From the IMG/VR virus record IMGVR_UViG_3300032241_000649, positions 24,723-88,722 of that record: DNA of 64,000 nt; one strand, given 5' to 3'. The translations under genes were made by a program, and so were the position numbers. Under the pieces are notes generated by a model. It searched no databases. It saw nothing but the letters and a program-made list of their open reading frames with translations, and was not told the DNA's origin. Position 1 is the first letter of the stretch. Each line of letters opens with the position of its first letter. Origin of the DNA: a virus. This document shows positions 7,125-16,617 of the stretch, piece by piece.

Positions 7125-9155
7125 TTAGATATTGTCCTTAATTAATTTAACCTCGCATGCATCGGTCGTGCAGTAGGCTTCACCAATGGCTTCCGAACCG
7201 AGTCCTTCATAGATACCACTGAAGTCAATTGGAAACAGTGTCATCCGTCCGTTCTCGTACTCATCTTCTGTACTTTGGGTGTATGGCATTTGTTGATAGC
7301 TATTCGGATCCATCGGTAGGAATGATACAGTCTTAAGTTGTCCATCGTACATGTGAAGTGCTGTGCCGATTGCTTTCGCTTCAGTTTCAGGATCAAAGCT
7401 GATCGTTACACTTACAGAGTTGTCAGACCAATAACGCTGTGCAGTTGCAGCAATTGCCATCTTCTCATAGATAGATACTTCTCTTTCAGAACGTAAAGCA
7501 TCACTCATAATTGGGAAATACACCACTGAAGTTGTATCAGGAGATTCAAGCGCAGGTTCAATACGATAGTTAGCCATCTTAAACAATGGAAGCATCGCAT
7601 CATTATTAGAGAAGCGGATTGTACGCAAGAAGAACTTACCGCCTGGAGTCCAGTGAACTCCTGGTGACTCTCCTGCAAGAATAGAAACTGTGCCGGATGG
7701 CTTTACAGTTGTGGTCTTGATAGACTCACGAATACCTAACCATTCAGAGTAAGACTTGTCGTAAGCCTGAATAGTCTTGTAGCCCTCATCCATCCACTCA
7801 CGCAGAGTTGGAAGCCCCTTACTGTCTGCAAAGTTTGCAACACCTGACATTGATGTACCGATACGGCGATTACGCTGCATGATTGCATTTGTCTCTTCCC
7901 AGTGAGTTGGGAGAAGGGTTACAGTCTTAGCATAGAGATAAGCGAATTTGAGCGTACGCTTGTAGTCATCTAGGTCTGTATGACGATTGAGATAAGTCTC
8001 TACGAGAGTACAGCACTCCATTGATTCTAGAGACTGCTCAGCACATGGGTTGTAGCCAGCTGCACGCCAGTCTTTGTTGTTGATTGGGTCAGCTAGACGA
8101 CCGTACTTACGGGTTACATCCATCCAGACCACGCCTGGCTCCCCATTACGAGAGATACCATCAATGATCTTAGAGAGATCTGTACCTACATAAGCCTCGA
8201 CTGAGTTGTTGGACATCCAACCCCAGCCAGGAGCAGCAGGGTCGTAGGAGTTACGCTCAGGAAATACCGCCGGATTCTTAAGGTTCAAAAACTCATCATC
8301 ATCTAGGCGACCAATAAGCAACTCGGCAGAACGACGAACATTGCCTGACACCACGCACACCCCAATTAGGTTGCCGATGTCTGCGATGTCCTTGCGAGTA
8401 ATCTTTTCTCCTGCGCGACCGTTAAAGATCTTAGAGATGTAGTCGTGTAGCTTGATTAGGGGTTCTGCTCCGGCAGCTGTTCCTCCAAAGGTTTTGATTG
8501 GGGTTCCTGCTGGGCGGATTTCATCGTAACGAAATGCTGGAGCCTTTGTATCTGCTCGTAGGTAAGCATTGATGAGAGCCGAGGTTGATTCGACCCACCC
8601 TTCTCTGGTGTCTGGGATGACATATTCATCGCCCTTCTGTGGTTCGTAGATTGTGAAGTCTTTGTCTGCGCCCTTATCGTCAAAGCCAACTCCTACTCCC
8701 AGCATAGAGGCTTCCATAAGGAAAGCAAACGGCTTAGCCGGATCTAGCTTGGTCATAGAGCTTGTAGATACGAAAGAACAATTTTGTAGGGCGGCTGAGT
8801 TACGCTGGGTATTAACGATGTCTGTTCCCATTACCCATAGGCCTCGACCCGGTGGTGTCCACTTCAATTCAAATAGACGTTGGAATGCTTCCTTAGCCGA
8901 GGATTGAGCCTTGGCGTCATTCCAGGGAAGACGGTTCTGCTTGGCGTGGTCTTTTTGTAGGGAGTACATGCCGTTGATAACACGCTCACATACCTCAACC
9001 CAAGTCTCCTTGGTTCCATCCTCTTTAAGACGAGAGTAGGTTCTTAAGAAGATAATCTCACCTACAGAGTTACCCGCTGCATCTTTATATCCCCATGGAA
9101 CGGTCTTCTCTTTGTACGAGCTTACAAAATCTTCGGTGAGTTTAAAGGAAAACAA
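7125..9155 (-). CDS. nrdJ: class II (adenosylcobalamin-dependent, monomeric RTPR-type) ribonucleotide reductase
   Basis: PPGRGLW, LQNC, NVRRSA, NPCAEQ..E..ECC.L, TVKPSGTVS, C-terminal CTTDAC. Confidence 0.95.
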   Translation of the reverse strand: MFSFKLTEDFVSSYKEKTVPWGYKDAAGNSVGEIIFLRTYSRLKEDGTKETWVEVCERVINGMYSLQKDHAKQNRLPWNDAKAQSSAKEAFQRLFELKWTPPGRGLWVMGTDIVNTQRNSAALQNCSFVSTSSMTKLDPAKPFAFLMEASMLGVGVGFDDKGADKDFTIYEPQKGDEYVIPDTREGWVESTSALINAYLRADTKAPAFRYDEIRPAGTPIKTFGGTAAGAEPLIKLHDYISKIFNGRAGEKITRKDIADIGNLIGVCVVSGNVRRSAELLIGRLDDDEFLNLKNPAVFPERNSYDPAAPGWGWMSNNSVEAYVGTDLSKIIDGISRNGEPGVVWMDVTRKYGRLADPINNKDWRAAGYNPCAEQSLESMECCTLVETYLNRHTDLDDYKRTLKFAYLYAKTVTLLPTHWEETNAIMQRNRRIGTSMSGVANFADSKGLPTLREWMDEGYKTIQAYDKSYSEWLGIRESIKTTTVKPSGTVSILAGESPGVHWTPGGKFFLRTIRFSNNDAMLPLFKMANYRIEPALESPDTTSVVYFPIMSDALRSEREVSIYEKMAIAATAQRYWSDNSVSVTISFDPETEAKAIGTALHMYDGQLKTVSFLPMDPNSYQQMPYTQSTEDEYENGRMTLFPIDFSGIYEGLGSEAIGEAYCTTDACEVKLIKDNI

Positions 9156-9219
9156 AATACACTCTCATTTCTAATATGAAGTCACTGTTATCAGGTAAAG
9201 CCAGGATAGCGGGGAAGAG

Positions 9220-10716
9220 CTATCCTTCTAAGTTGTCATTGATTATTCTAGCAGATTCACCCTCGCTGAGTCCAGTTGGGAGCTCACGTAAAGTGTTTGC
9301 TTTATCACCAAAGAGGGCTGACATTACACCGCCAGAGGTTTGACGCTCTACGGTCATGCGAACAAACTCCTTGTTCTCTTCCATCTTCTTGACTTCTCCT
9401 ATGATCTTAAAGAGACGGTCAATCTCTTGCCCGGTATTTGGATCCGGGTATCCACCGTTCAATTCTTCAGCAAAACGTGCAAAAGCGACCCTAGCGCCCT
9501 GCATTTCTATAATTGCGTTGAGCAAACTCTTCAGCTGGTCTTTAGTCTTAATCTCTACTGGTAGGTTAAATGAGCAGGCGCTGTTAGGAGTAAAGGCCGG
9601 GCAATTTGATGCTACGAAGCAGGTGTTGCATTGACGGAAGGAAGTCTGGGTGCTTGTAATGATTGGAACATCTGAAATAACATCCCGTCCAAGCTCATCT
9701 TTTTCCATTACAGTCTTAGAAGTTACTCCGAAAACTGGGAGTGTGTAGGTCTCTTTAGGAGGCTTTAGCTTAAAATCTTTCCGCACCTCAACGTCCCTCT
9801 TATCAGGATCTGGACCCATCGTTTCCGCAGAACCTGGGTCATCTATATCCGCACTGTTATCAGATAACAGTGGCTCAGGAACCACTCTAAGATGAGAAGC
9901 CTTTGAATTTAGAGAATTCTCAAGCTGCAGGTATGACCAAATAGCTAGCTTAGTAACTTCATTACTATCATCATTGAGAATCTTGTCAAAGTCCAGACCA
10001 GCTTTCTGGATCACAGCTTTATACCGTGGACGAGCTTGATCCTTCATCTTCTTCTGGTAGCGAACCAGACGGGTGCCATCCCAGACAATAGTCTCCCCTC
10101 TCATCATTGGGCTAAGCCATGAGAGAGTGCTGGCAGAAGTCAGAGGTACTGAGCGAAGGTTATCGGGCCGGGCACAGGCAATTCCATGAAATTGTACTTC
10201 AGGGAACTCCTGTAGGATAGCCCTAGAACGGGCTGCAAGGCTGGTGTCGTCCTCGATTGACTCTCCGAGGATAGCGATGTTGGTGTAGCGCTGAGCAAGG
10301 CTGTGAAGGGCAATGTGACCCGTTTCCTGGTGCCATACTGCGGCAAATTTATCAAGCCCAAACTCTTCCCAAAAGGTGCGACGCTCATGATTGATCCAGT
10401 TCTGACCTAGAGCTTTTATATCTAGCTCTGTAGCCATGTGGATTCTATCCTCATTGAGAAGGAGCCAGTCCTGATAGTCAGCTGCGTACTCTTCCAGCTC
10501 GCGCTGTGTCAGGTTGAGGTCATTGAGCTGATGGCCGCCACCATCAACGTAGACCTTTACATCTTCAGGGAACCTCTCTGATAATAGATAGGGTTTAGAT
10601 TTAGGTAGGCCACGCTTCACTAACCGGTAGTAATTTACCCCGACATGCTTTACCCCGGCGTTTACCAACAGGAGACGGTGTGATGGAACCTCTCCACCTA
10701 GGAATACTATGTTCAT
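9220..10716 (-). CDS. TGT/DpdA-like TIM-barrel protein fused to a C-terminal Cys4 and helical domain
   Basis: VYVDGGG, ELD, AVWH, FHGIA and SASTLSW follow the DSG/D/VxH/HxxG/SxDSxxW order of phage TGT-like proteins; C-terminal CNTC-x5-CP-x7-C. Confidence 0.55.
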   Translation of the reverse strand: MNIVFLGGEVPSHRLLLVNAGVKHVGVNYYRLVKRGLPKSKPYLLSERFPEDVKVYVDGGGHQLNDLNLTQRELEEYAADYQDWLLLNEDRIHMATELDIKALGQNWINHERRTFWEEFGLDKFAAVWHQETGHIALHSLAQRYTNIAILGESIEDDTSLAARSRAILQEFPEVQFHGIACARPDNLRSVPLTSASTLSWLSPMMRGETIVWDGTRLVRYQKKMKDQARPRYKAVIQKAGLDFDKILNDDSNEVTKLAIWSYLQLENSLNSKASHLRVVPEPLLSDNSADIDDPGSAETMGPDPDKRDVEVRKDFKLKPPKETYTLPVFGVTSKTVMEKDELGRDVISDVPIITSTQTSFRQCNTCFVASNCPAFTPNSACSFNLPVEIKTKDQLKSLLNAIIEMQGARVAFARFAEELNGGYPDPNTGQEIDRLFKIIGEVKKMEENKEFVRMTVERQTSGGVMSALFGDKANTLRELPTGLSEGESARIINDNLEG

Positions 10717-11177
10717 TCATATCTCTTAACTGAGCTACCAAGCTCTGCGTCTAGTAGGGCGAGCTTCTGGCGTTCTACCTCGTTTACCACGTCTTCCCAT
10801 GGCTTAACAACTCTCTTAGTTCTAACAAACTTAGGGGCTGCAAATAGTAGTGCTGTTACACCCATAGCTACAGCTTCAGCACAGCGATCAGCATCTGGGT
10901 CTACAAATAAATCTACCCGGCCGCCATTCATAGCTACAGAAAGCTGGCGGGAACGTAGATCTTGGCCCTCAAAGAAGTATCTATTATCATAGACATCTCC
11001 ATGTCCCATTATTAGGTGGGAGCGAAGCCAATGTTCTGTTTTAGCCTGTGATAGATCAGAGCAGATTACAACACGATAGCTGCCTGCGAGTATGCGAAAT
11101 AAACGAATGCCCTCAGGGATTGGATCCCCGACCTCCGTCATAAGTACGCCTTCTAATGCAACGAGTGCTGTAGCCAT
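10713..11177 (-). CDS. HAD-superfamily-like protein (degenerate motif I)
   Basis: ALVALEGVL in place of DxDGvL; PIPEG, VVICS, WLRSH, LFVDPD. Confidence 0.6.
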   Translation of the reverse strand: MATALVALEGVLMTEVGDPIPEGIRLFRILAGSYRVVICSDLSQAKTEHWLRSHLIMGHGDVYDNRYFFEGQDLRSRQLSVAMNGGRVDLFVDPDADRCAEAVAMGVTALLFAAPKFVRTKRVVKPWEDVVNEVERQKLALLDAELGSSVKRYE

Positions 11178-11190
11178 TTTATCCTCTTAG

Positions 11191-11301
11191 TTATTGGTAC
11201 TTCTTCTCTGCCTTCTCCTGCTTTGCTGCACGCTTCTCTTTAAGACTCATCTTGGGCTCTTTCTTAGTATTAGCATTGCCCTTTTGTTCTTTATTTGCCA
11301 C
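11191..11301 (-). CDS. lysine-rich microprotein (36 aa)
   Basis: Read by hand: GTG start, MANKEQKGNANTKKEPKMSLKEKRAAKQEKAEKKYQ; AGGAG RBS. Confidence 0.55.
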   Translation of the reverse strand: MANKEQKGNANTKKEPKMSLKEKRAAKQEKAEKKYQ

Positions 11302-12208
11302 GAAGTGTTCTCCTAATCAGTGTGTTCGTATCGGGTAATTCTACTCCATAAGTCTGAAGTTGCTGATTGCGGTCAGCCTGTGTCTTCATATCTTTTAATG
11401 CTCTTAGAGCCTGTACGGCCCCAGATTTCTTTCCAGCCTGCCAACGGTAGTTGTTATAATCAGAGTAGCCACTACCTTGTTTGCTGAATGCTAGATGACG
11501 TGACTCATGTATATCATCATAGAAAGCAACTGCCTGCTCTATAGCAAGTCTTAGTTTACGCTCAGCATTAGAACGATAAGCAGGATTGTTTGTATTCCTA
11601 ATCTCATTTATGGCAGAGTCATACTTGTTTAGCATATCTACTGCGGTGTCATGATCACGCTGTGTGTTTTGTTCCCAAGAACGGCTATAGGGTAGCTGCG
11701 GATTCATCTCTGGTTTTACTGTCCATGCATCGGCAGTAAGATCATAGGCAGCATACGGATTAATATCTCTTATATCTGATTGAGGGTTAACATAGTATGT
11801 AAGCTCGTAGCCTTCCCAGTTACGGGTATTTGGCATTAGATCATGATTAAAACCCTCATTGAGTTCTTTAGAAATCTCAACATCAGAAAACCCTACATAC
11901 TCTTGGTTGCTCTGACGAAAGAGAACATAATCAATACCTACTAGGCAATCAAGATCACCCGGTTCACGTGCAGCCTCCCATTGATAAGAGACGCCTGAAC
12001 CTGCAAGCCATACATGGGCCCATTGATGAGGATTAGAAAATCTAGTAGCTAGGTGATCAAATAGAAGCGTGAGTACGCCTGAGCGTACCCACGGTTTAAT
12101 ATGATCTCCCTGAAATAGATTGGGATCTAGTTCGGAAGAAGGCGCACTGAAATACGAAGTAGACCCAGGTGTTATCCTAGGTGTGTTCCCAAATCCTGTG
12201 TAATCCAT
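11291..12208 (-). CDS. Pol-beta superfamily nucleotidyltransferase
   Basis: LAGSGVSYQW...GDLDCLV (GS..DxD), YELTYY, AAYDL...W..KP; start could also be 12229. Confidence 0.8.
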   Translation of the reverse strand: MDYTGFGNTPRITPGSTSYFSAPSSELDPNLFQGDHIKPWVRSGVLTLLFDHLATRFSNPHQWAHVWLAGSGVSYQWEAAREPGDLDCLVGIDYVLFRQSNQEYVGFSDVEISKELNEGFNHDLMPNTRNWEGYELTYYVNPQSDIRDINPYAAYDLTADAWTVKPEMNPQLPYSRSWEQNTQRDHDTAVDMLNKYDSAINEIRNTNNPAYRSNAERKLRLAIEQAVAFYDDIHESRHLAFSKQGSGYSDYNNYRWQAGKKSGAVQALRALKDMKTQADRNQQLQTYGVELPDTNTLIRRTLRGK

Positions 12209-12263
12209 ACCCGTATTCTTCCATCCCAATCGTCATTACGTCTCGGCTTGGTGAGTATGAATA

Positions 12264-12530
12264 TTAAGCGCTAGGTTGAGCCTCTGAAGCCTGTAGGCGC
12301 AAAACTGTATATTCAGCAGCTGCTTGTGCCTGAAGATCCATAAGAATCTCTGACATATAGCGGCGTACCTCTACCAATGTAGATTCACGTTCTACTGGAA
12401 TAATAAAGATTGATGGGTCCTTTTCAATGAACACATTACCATCTTCTGCAACAAGAATAGCAAAACCGTACTTAAGAGTAGGTAGAGCCGGTGCTGTAGG
12501 CGTGTCTGTGGTTGTTGTCTCGTCTGTCAT
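12264..12530 (-). CDS. hypothetical protein
   Basis: ORF with AGGA RBS. Confidence 0.65.
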   Translation of the reverse strand: MTDETTTTDTPTAPALPTLKYGFAILVAEDGNVFIEKDPSIFIIPVERESTLVEVRRYMSEILMDLQAQAAAEYTVLRLQASEAQPSA

Positions 12531-12538
12531 TATATATC

Positions 12539-13123
12539 CTATTCGTATAGTCCCATTTTTTTACGGTTTTGTTCTACTACAAACGTCTTAGCAGGGCAGA
12601 AATCACATAGGTACACTTTAGTACTGTTAGCTTTTGCTGCACTTTCTAAGCCTAGTTCTTTACGCATAGCTGCAGTGCTCTTTGGCACTAAGCGTTTGCT
12701 TTCAATCTTCCAATCATAACAGCCCTCAACAGGACGTAGGTGGAGGTTAAAACACTTCATTGCATCGTCATAGAAAACTGCTTTAGTGGTGTAATAATCT
12801 GGGTCAATGTCAGCAAGACCTCCACCTACCTTATTACGTAGGTTCTCAATGATTTGCTTACGCACCTCAGGACGGGAGTAGAGTTTTACTCCCACTTTAG
12901 ATAGGAAGCCAGTATGTGGAATACCTGCAGATTCATGGCGATCAATCAATACCTGAAGTGTTACGTCATCATCTGGATGACCTTCATAGTCTGGAAGCTC
13001 GTCAATGCTTTTACAGTTGTAGCAATAGAGCAGACGAATCTTAGGACCATCGTCCTTGATCTCTGTGTATGTTCCTTCATCAGCGGGGCCAGCTTCGCCT
13101 TGTCCTAAAATTGGGACGCCCAT
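12539..13123 (-). CDS. hypothetical zinc-binding protein
   Basis: CYNC and CDFCP motifs; AGGAGGAG RBS. Confidence 0.75.
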   Translation of the reverse strand: MGVPILGQGEAGPADEGTYTEIKDDGPKIRLLYCYNCKSIDELPDYEGHPDDDVTLQVLIDRHESAGIPHTGFLSKVGVKLYSRPEVRKQIIENLRNKVGGGLADIDPDYYTTKAVFYDDAMKCFNLHLRPVEGCYDWKIESKRLVPKSTAAMRKELGLESAAKANSTKVYLCDFCPAKTFVVEQNRKKMGLYE

Positions 13124-13178
13124 AGTGCTCCTCCTAATATCCTTATACTCTTATTATACTATATTTCAACAGGTAATG

Positions 13179-14153
13179 CTACTCCTGAGCCCCAATGTTA
13201 CGAACTCTATGAGTGCTACTAGCGGATGGCGCTTCGGAACCCATTATGGATTCAGTTTCAGAGAATGTGTCAGTAATAGGCGCACCTTCTCCACGAATAT
13301 CACCAATGCGTTGTTTCTTAGGCTTAGTAATTGGAGACTTTAAATCTCTGCGGTGTTTTGCAAATGCTAACGGCAGATATTTACCTGCAGTATGGGTGTC
13401 AAGACCTTGGCGTCCGGCTTCTTCATGATAAGCCTCCATGTGGATCTCGCCATTCCCTATTTTAAGAGAGTGCTTGAGAGCTGCGGTAGCTTTTGTCATA
13501 TATTCTTCATGATTTGGCCCTGGATTGCGTCCCCCGATAATTTCAGCTCTACGAAGGGTAGTTCCAGCTGCTTCATGTGATTTTTGTGAGCGCTCTGCAG
13601 CTTCAAGCCATGCACTGGTTTCTTTATCAGCTTTTGTTAAACCAAGTCTTCCTTTGGTTTCTACAGCGGTATCAACTTTTTCATCTGAAGTTGGACGACG
13701 TCCTGGTCCTTGTACTACAATCTCTTGTCCAGTAGCTCTGTGGATAGCACCAGCATCACGAGCACGACCCTTAGTTTCAGCTTGGGCAATTTGTGTGCGG
13801 ATCTTTGCATGCTGTGCTGGATCTGACCCTAAGATCTCTGGCATACGTTCCATCTTAGAAGAATCGTTCTTTATCTTGTTCCAGCATGTTGAGCACATTG
13901 GAGTAGGACGATCTCCGCCAGCTAATGTAGGTGCAGCAACCGCTCCTCTTTTAGAGTGTGCGCTTGAATTACGGCATGTCAATAGATCAGACTTCCCACC
14001 CATATTTTTATTAGTGGAATAGCTGCTTAAATCTTCTGGTGCTTGGTACTCTCCTGCAACATCAACAGTACTAATGCGGAGTGTGTTAGCACCCTTTTTT
14101 GTTATTGATGTGCCTGTAGGGTCCATGCCCTCGATGCCAGTGTTTTTGGCCAT
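13179..14153 (-). CDS. hypothetical, largely low-complexity protein
   Basis: 324-aa ORF; GGGAG RBS; C/H cluster near the N-terminus. Confidence 0.7.
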   Translation of the reverse strand: MAKNTGIEGMDPTGTSITKKGANTLRISTVDVAGEYQAPEDLSSYSTNKNMGGKSDLLTCRNSSAHSKRGAVAAPTLAGGDRPTPMCSTCWNKIKNDSSKMERMPEILGSDPAQHAKIRTQIAQAETKGRARDAGAIHRATGQEIVVQGPGRRPTSDEKVDTAVETKGRLGLTKADKETSAWLEAAERSQKSHEAAGTTLRRAEIIGGRNPGPNHEEYMTKATAALKHSLKIGNGEIHMEAYHEEAGRQGLDTHTAGKYLPLAFAKHRRDLKSPITKPKKQRIGDIRGEGAPITDTFSETESIMGSEAPSASSTHRVRNIGAQE

Positions 14154-14177
14154 GATACTGGCTCCCTATCTATTATC

Positions 14178-14459
14178 TTAGTAGGTGCCCAACATCTTGT
14201 TGTTAGAGATATCAGCTACAGGCATTGGTGAGCGCTTACGTGAAGACGCATCAGCTTTACCTGGCTCTACTTTGCTAGGAGCTTCTTGATCAATAAAATC
14301 ATAGTTCCAGTATGGATGTAGTGCACGGCGGTTAGCAAGTGTAATATCCTCGCCCATACCTGGATCTACTGTACGGTTTGGAGCAACCTTACGGTACTTG
14401 CCATCTGTTGAACCTTCTGATAGGCTCTCGTTAAGAGAACGTGATTCGTTAACTGCCAT
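14178..14459 (-). CDS. hypothetical protein
   Basis: ORF; AAGGA RBS; TAATG coupling. Confidence 0.65.
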   Translation of the reverse strand: MAVNESRSLNESLSEGSTDGKYRKVAPNRTVDPGMGEDITLANRRALHPYWNYDFIDQEAPSKVEPGKADASSRKRSPMPVADISNNKMLGTY

Positions 14460-14611
14460 TAGTCCTTGTCCTTTTCTTGATCATATAGAGTACCAGCGTG
14501 TCCAGGCTTTACATGATCAACAACTTTAACATGGCCCTTACCTGCACTTGGTGACCATTCTTTAGCACGGAATGCTTCAACCTTCTTACGTGGACGTATT
14601 GAAAGTCTCAT
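14459..14611 (-). CDS. hypothetical microprotein (50 aa)
   Basis: Read by hand: MRLSIRPRKKVEAFRAKEWSPS...; TAATG coupling on both sides. Confidence 0.55.
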   Translation of the reverse strand: MRLSIRPRKKVEAFRAKEWSPSAGKGHVKVVDHVKPGHAGTLYDQEKDKD

Positions 14612-14769
14612 TACTTTGCCTTCTTTCCTGGAGTCTTCTTGGCTGCAGGTTTAACTGCGGCCTTTGCTTTTAATTCTTCTCTAATCTTCTGTTCTGAGGT
14701 CTTTGCCTTAAGTGGCTTTACCACATACTTAGCCGGAGCTCCGTCTGGGGTCTTAATCTTGTTAGCCAT
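14611..14769 (-). CDS. lysine-rich microprotein (52 aa), probably leaderless
   Basis: Read by hand: MANKIKTPDGAPAKYVVKPLK...; ATG lies 6 nt after a -10 box. Confidence 0.55.
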   Translation of the reverse strand: MANKIKTPDGAPAKYVVKPLKAKTSEQKIREELKAKAAVKPAAKKTPGKKAK

Positions 14770-14775
14770 GGTGTA

Positions 14776-14804
14776 AGTATCTCCCTAATTATCTGTACTG
14801 TCAA
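14776..14804 (-). promoter_or_regulatory. sigma70-like promoter for a leaderless transcript
   Basis: TTGACA-17 nt-GATACT-6 nt-ATG. Confidence 0.6.
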
Positions 14805-14806
14805 GC

Positions 14807-14974
14807 CTATCCGGCCATACGATTTTTTGTATGGTACTCATACTGCTTATTGCGGCAGTCTGGGCATAGTTTACCACCGGCATACATAACCTCCAAGGGG
14901 GTCATAATGCGGTCGCACTTAGTGCACTGGACACTACCATCATAGATAGTCTCAGTAGTGATCTGATCTTTCAT
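14807..14974 (-). CDS. zinc-ribbon microprotein (55 aa)
   Basis: Read by hand: CTKC...CPDC; ATGA overlap. Confidence 0.6.
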   Translation of the reverse strand: MKDQITTETIYDGSVQCTKCDRIMTPLEVMYAGGKLCPDCRNKQYEYHTKNRMAG

Positions 14975-15333
14975 GCGAAGCTAGATCCCTGAGCATTACG
15001 AGAGGTGCCTTCGTAGCTACCAGGAGTCTGAGTGAAGTCAACACGGGTTGGCTGGAACTCCTCATTGACATCCATGACGTCTAGGATACCTAGTTCACGG
15101 GTGCGATATCCAAAACGAGGTGGGAACAGGACAATGTTTGGCATAGGTGGGCGAACTAAATCTGGGAGTAGCTGTGCTGGCATTGTTACAGATTTAAGTG
15201 CGCGGGCCATATTTGCCTCTTGCATATTAGCAAATGGTCCCATAAAGTCATAGCGAAGTAGATTTGGCTCTGGCTCTTCACCAACGATGCCACGTCCCTT
15301 ACTATGATCATAGACGCCGTCTTGATTCATCAT
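14971..15333 (-). CDS. hypothetical protein
   Basis: ORF track; coupled to neighbours. Confidence 0.65.
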   Translation of the reverse strand: MMNQDGVYDHSKGRGIVGEEPEPNLLRYDFMGPFANMQEANMARALKSVTMPAQLLPDLVRPPMPNIVLFPPRFGYRTRELGILDVMDVNEEFQPTRVDFTQTPGSYEGTSRNAQGSSFA

Positions 15334-15998
15334 AGTGAGCGCCTCTTAGTTCTACTCTTTGTCTGCTCAACAGGAACACCTTGAACTACACGGCGATCAG
15401 AAGTAAACGATGTTGTACCAGTTTCCCCAACCTTTTCCTCACGTCCCTTAGGATAGTGAGTAAGACGCCCTGATGTAGCAAAGTTTTTATTACCAGGATG
15501 TGGTTGGTTTTCAAGATTAAATACAGGACCGCCAGCCTTACGACTTGCTGCTATGTCTTTCTTCTTAGCCTTATACTTTTCACTTTCAATAGCGTGTACA
15601 CGAGCCCAACCGCGCTCTTCATGTGTGCGCTCTTCATCAGGCTTAGTTGCTCCACCAGCTAATGTTGCTAGATGGTTAACAATCTCACCGTGACTATAAT
15701 AAACAGATGCATTTTCTGGTCTAAAGTTTCCACGATCAAATGTGTAATGAGGAGCTGCAGTTTCCCAAGCTACTCTCTTAGCATTTTGTGCACTACGACC
15801 ATAGATAGGCCCAATGTGTTCTTTAGTTAGGAATGTCATTCCCTCTTTATCAACTGGTGTTGGAGTAGAATCATGGGGTGCAGTAAACGTGCCAGCACCA
15901 AAACGAGGACTACTACCAGCATCTTCTGGAATAGGAAAGCTGTGCTCTTTTTTATTAGAGATACGGCGATTAGATACGTTATCTGACATTATTTCCAC
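15330..15998 (-). CDS. hypothetical, largely low-complexity protein
   Basis: ORF track; true start probably the ATG at 15989. Confidence 0.65.
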   Translation of the reverse strand: MEIMSDNVSNRRISNKKEHSFPIPEDAGSSPRFGAGTFTAPHDSTPTPVDKEGMTFLTKEHIGPIYGRSAQNAKRVAWETAAPHYTFDRGNFRPENASVYYSHGEIVNHLATLAGGATKPDEERTHEERGWARVHAIESEKYKAKKKDIAASRKAGGPVFNLENQPHPGNKNFATSGRLTHYPKGREEKVGETGTTSFTSDRRVVQGVPVEQTKSRTKRRSL

Positions 15999-16534
15999 CT
16001 AGGTTTCAAGTGAGTAAAATACTGAGCCGTACGAGGGTTAAACTCTGCTGGTACGTTAGCAGAGATGTTTGCTTTGCCATCATTGACAAGATGTGGGGCT
16101 GGAGCAAGGGCAGCTTGTGGCGCATACCTAGGAGTATCCATGGTAATCCCACCATCTGTATCAACAAACTTAAACTTCTTTGGATTAAGACGGCGATCTG
16201 GTTCTAATCCTTCAGGCCACATATAGGAACCCGGATCAATGCGCTCACCTTTGTGAACTCCGCGCTGATACGCACGTTGGTTCTGTCGGTTCTTAAGAGA
16301 ATCTAATACTGTATCTGAAACTGCATAAGGCTTGCCTTTATCATCACGACGTGATCGAATAGATCCTAGATAGCCATCTGGATATTCTGCCTGAGGAGCA
16401 CGACCGACGCCCATGCGTAGGAAGTCCATGCCAGAACGAGGAACAACGGGAGTACCGCCACCACCTGTAGTGGTGTACGCTCCGATGTAACCGCTAGCAC
16501 CGAGGTACTGCCAGTTTTGATGCGATTCAGCCAT
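15989..16534 (-). CDS. hypothetical protein
   Basis: AAGGAG RBS; G/P-rich, 181 aa. Confidence 0.7.
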   Translation of the reverse strand: MAESHQNWQYLGASGYIGAYTTTGGGGTPVVPRSGMDFLRMGVGRAPQAEYPDGYLGSIRSRRDDKGKPYAVSDTVLDSLKNRQNQRAYQRGVHKGERIDPGSYMWPEGLEPDRRLNPKKFKFVDTDGGITMDTPRYAPQAALAPAPHLVNDGKANISANVPAEFNPRTAQYFTHLKPRWK

Positions 16535-16567
16535 TTAGTACTCCTTAGACCCCCACAGTATACCCTT

Positions 16568-16601
16568 AAAAGCAAAGAGCCGGGGTGTAATTCCCCGGCT
16601 C
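16568..16601 (-). terminator. intrinsic terminator after the lysis cassette
   Basis: GAGCCGGGG-7 nt-CCCCGGCTC followed by TTTGCTTTT on the - strand. Confidence 0.75.
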
Positions 16602-16617
16602 GTTACTTTAACAGGAC

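Noticed and set aside
9220-10716. Canonical DpdA 7-deazaguanine DNA modification
   Set aside because: The motifs appear degenerate and no folE or queC/D/E genes are in the window. It is kept only as TGT-like.
11291-12208. CBASS/CD-NTase defence operon
   Set aside because: No Cap effector (patatin, TM, SAVED, TIR) or Cap2/3 genes are adjacent, and the protein resembles stand-alone phage NTases. Its product remains unknown.
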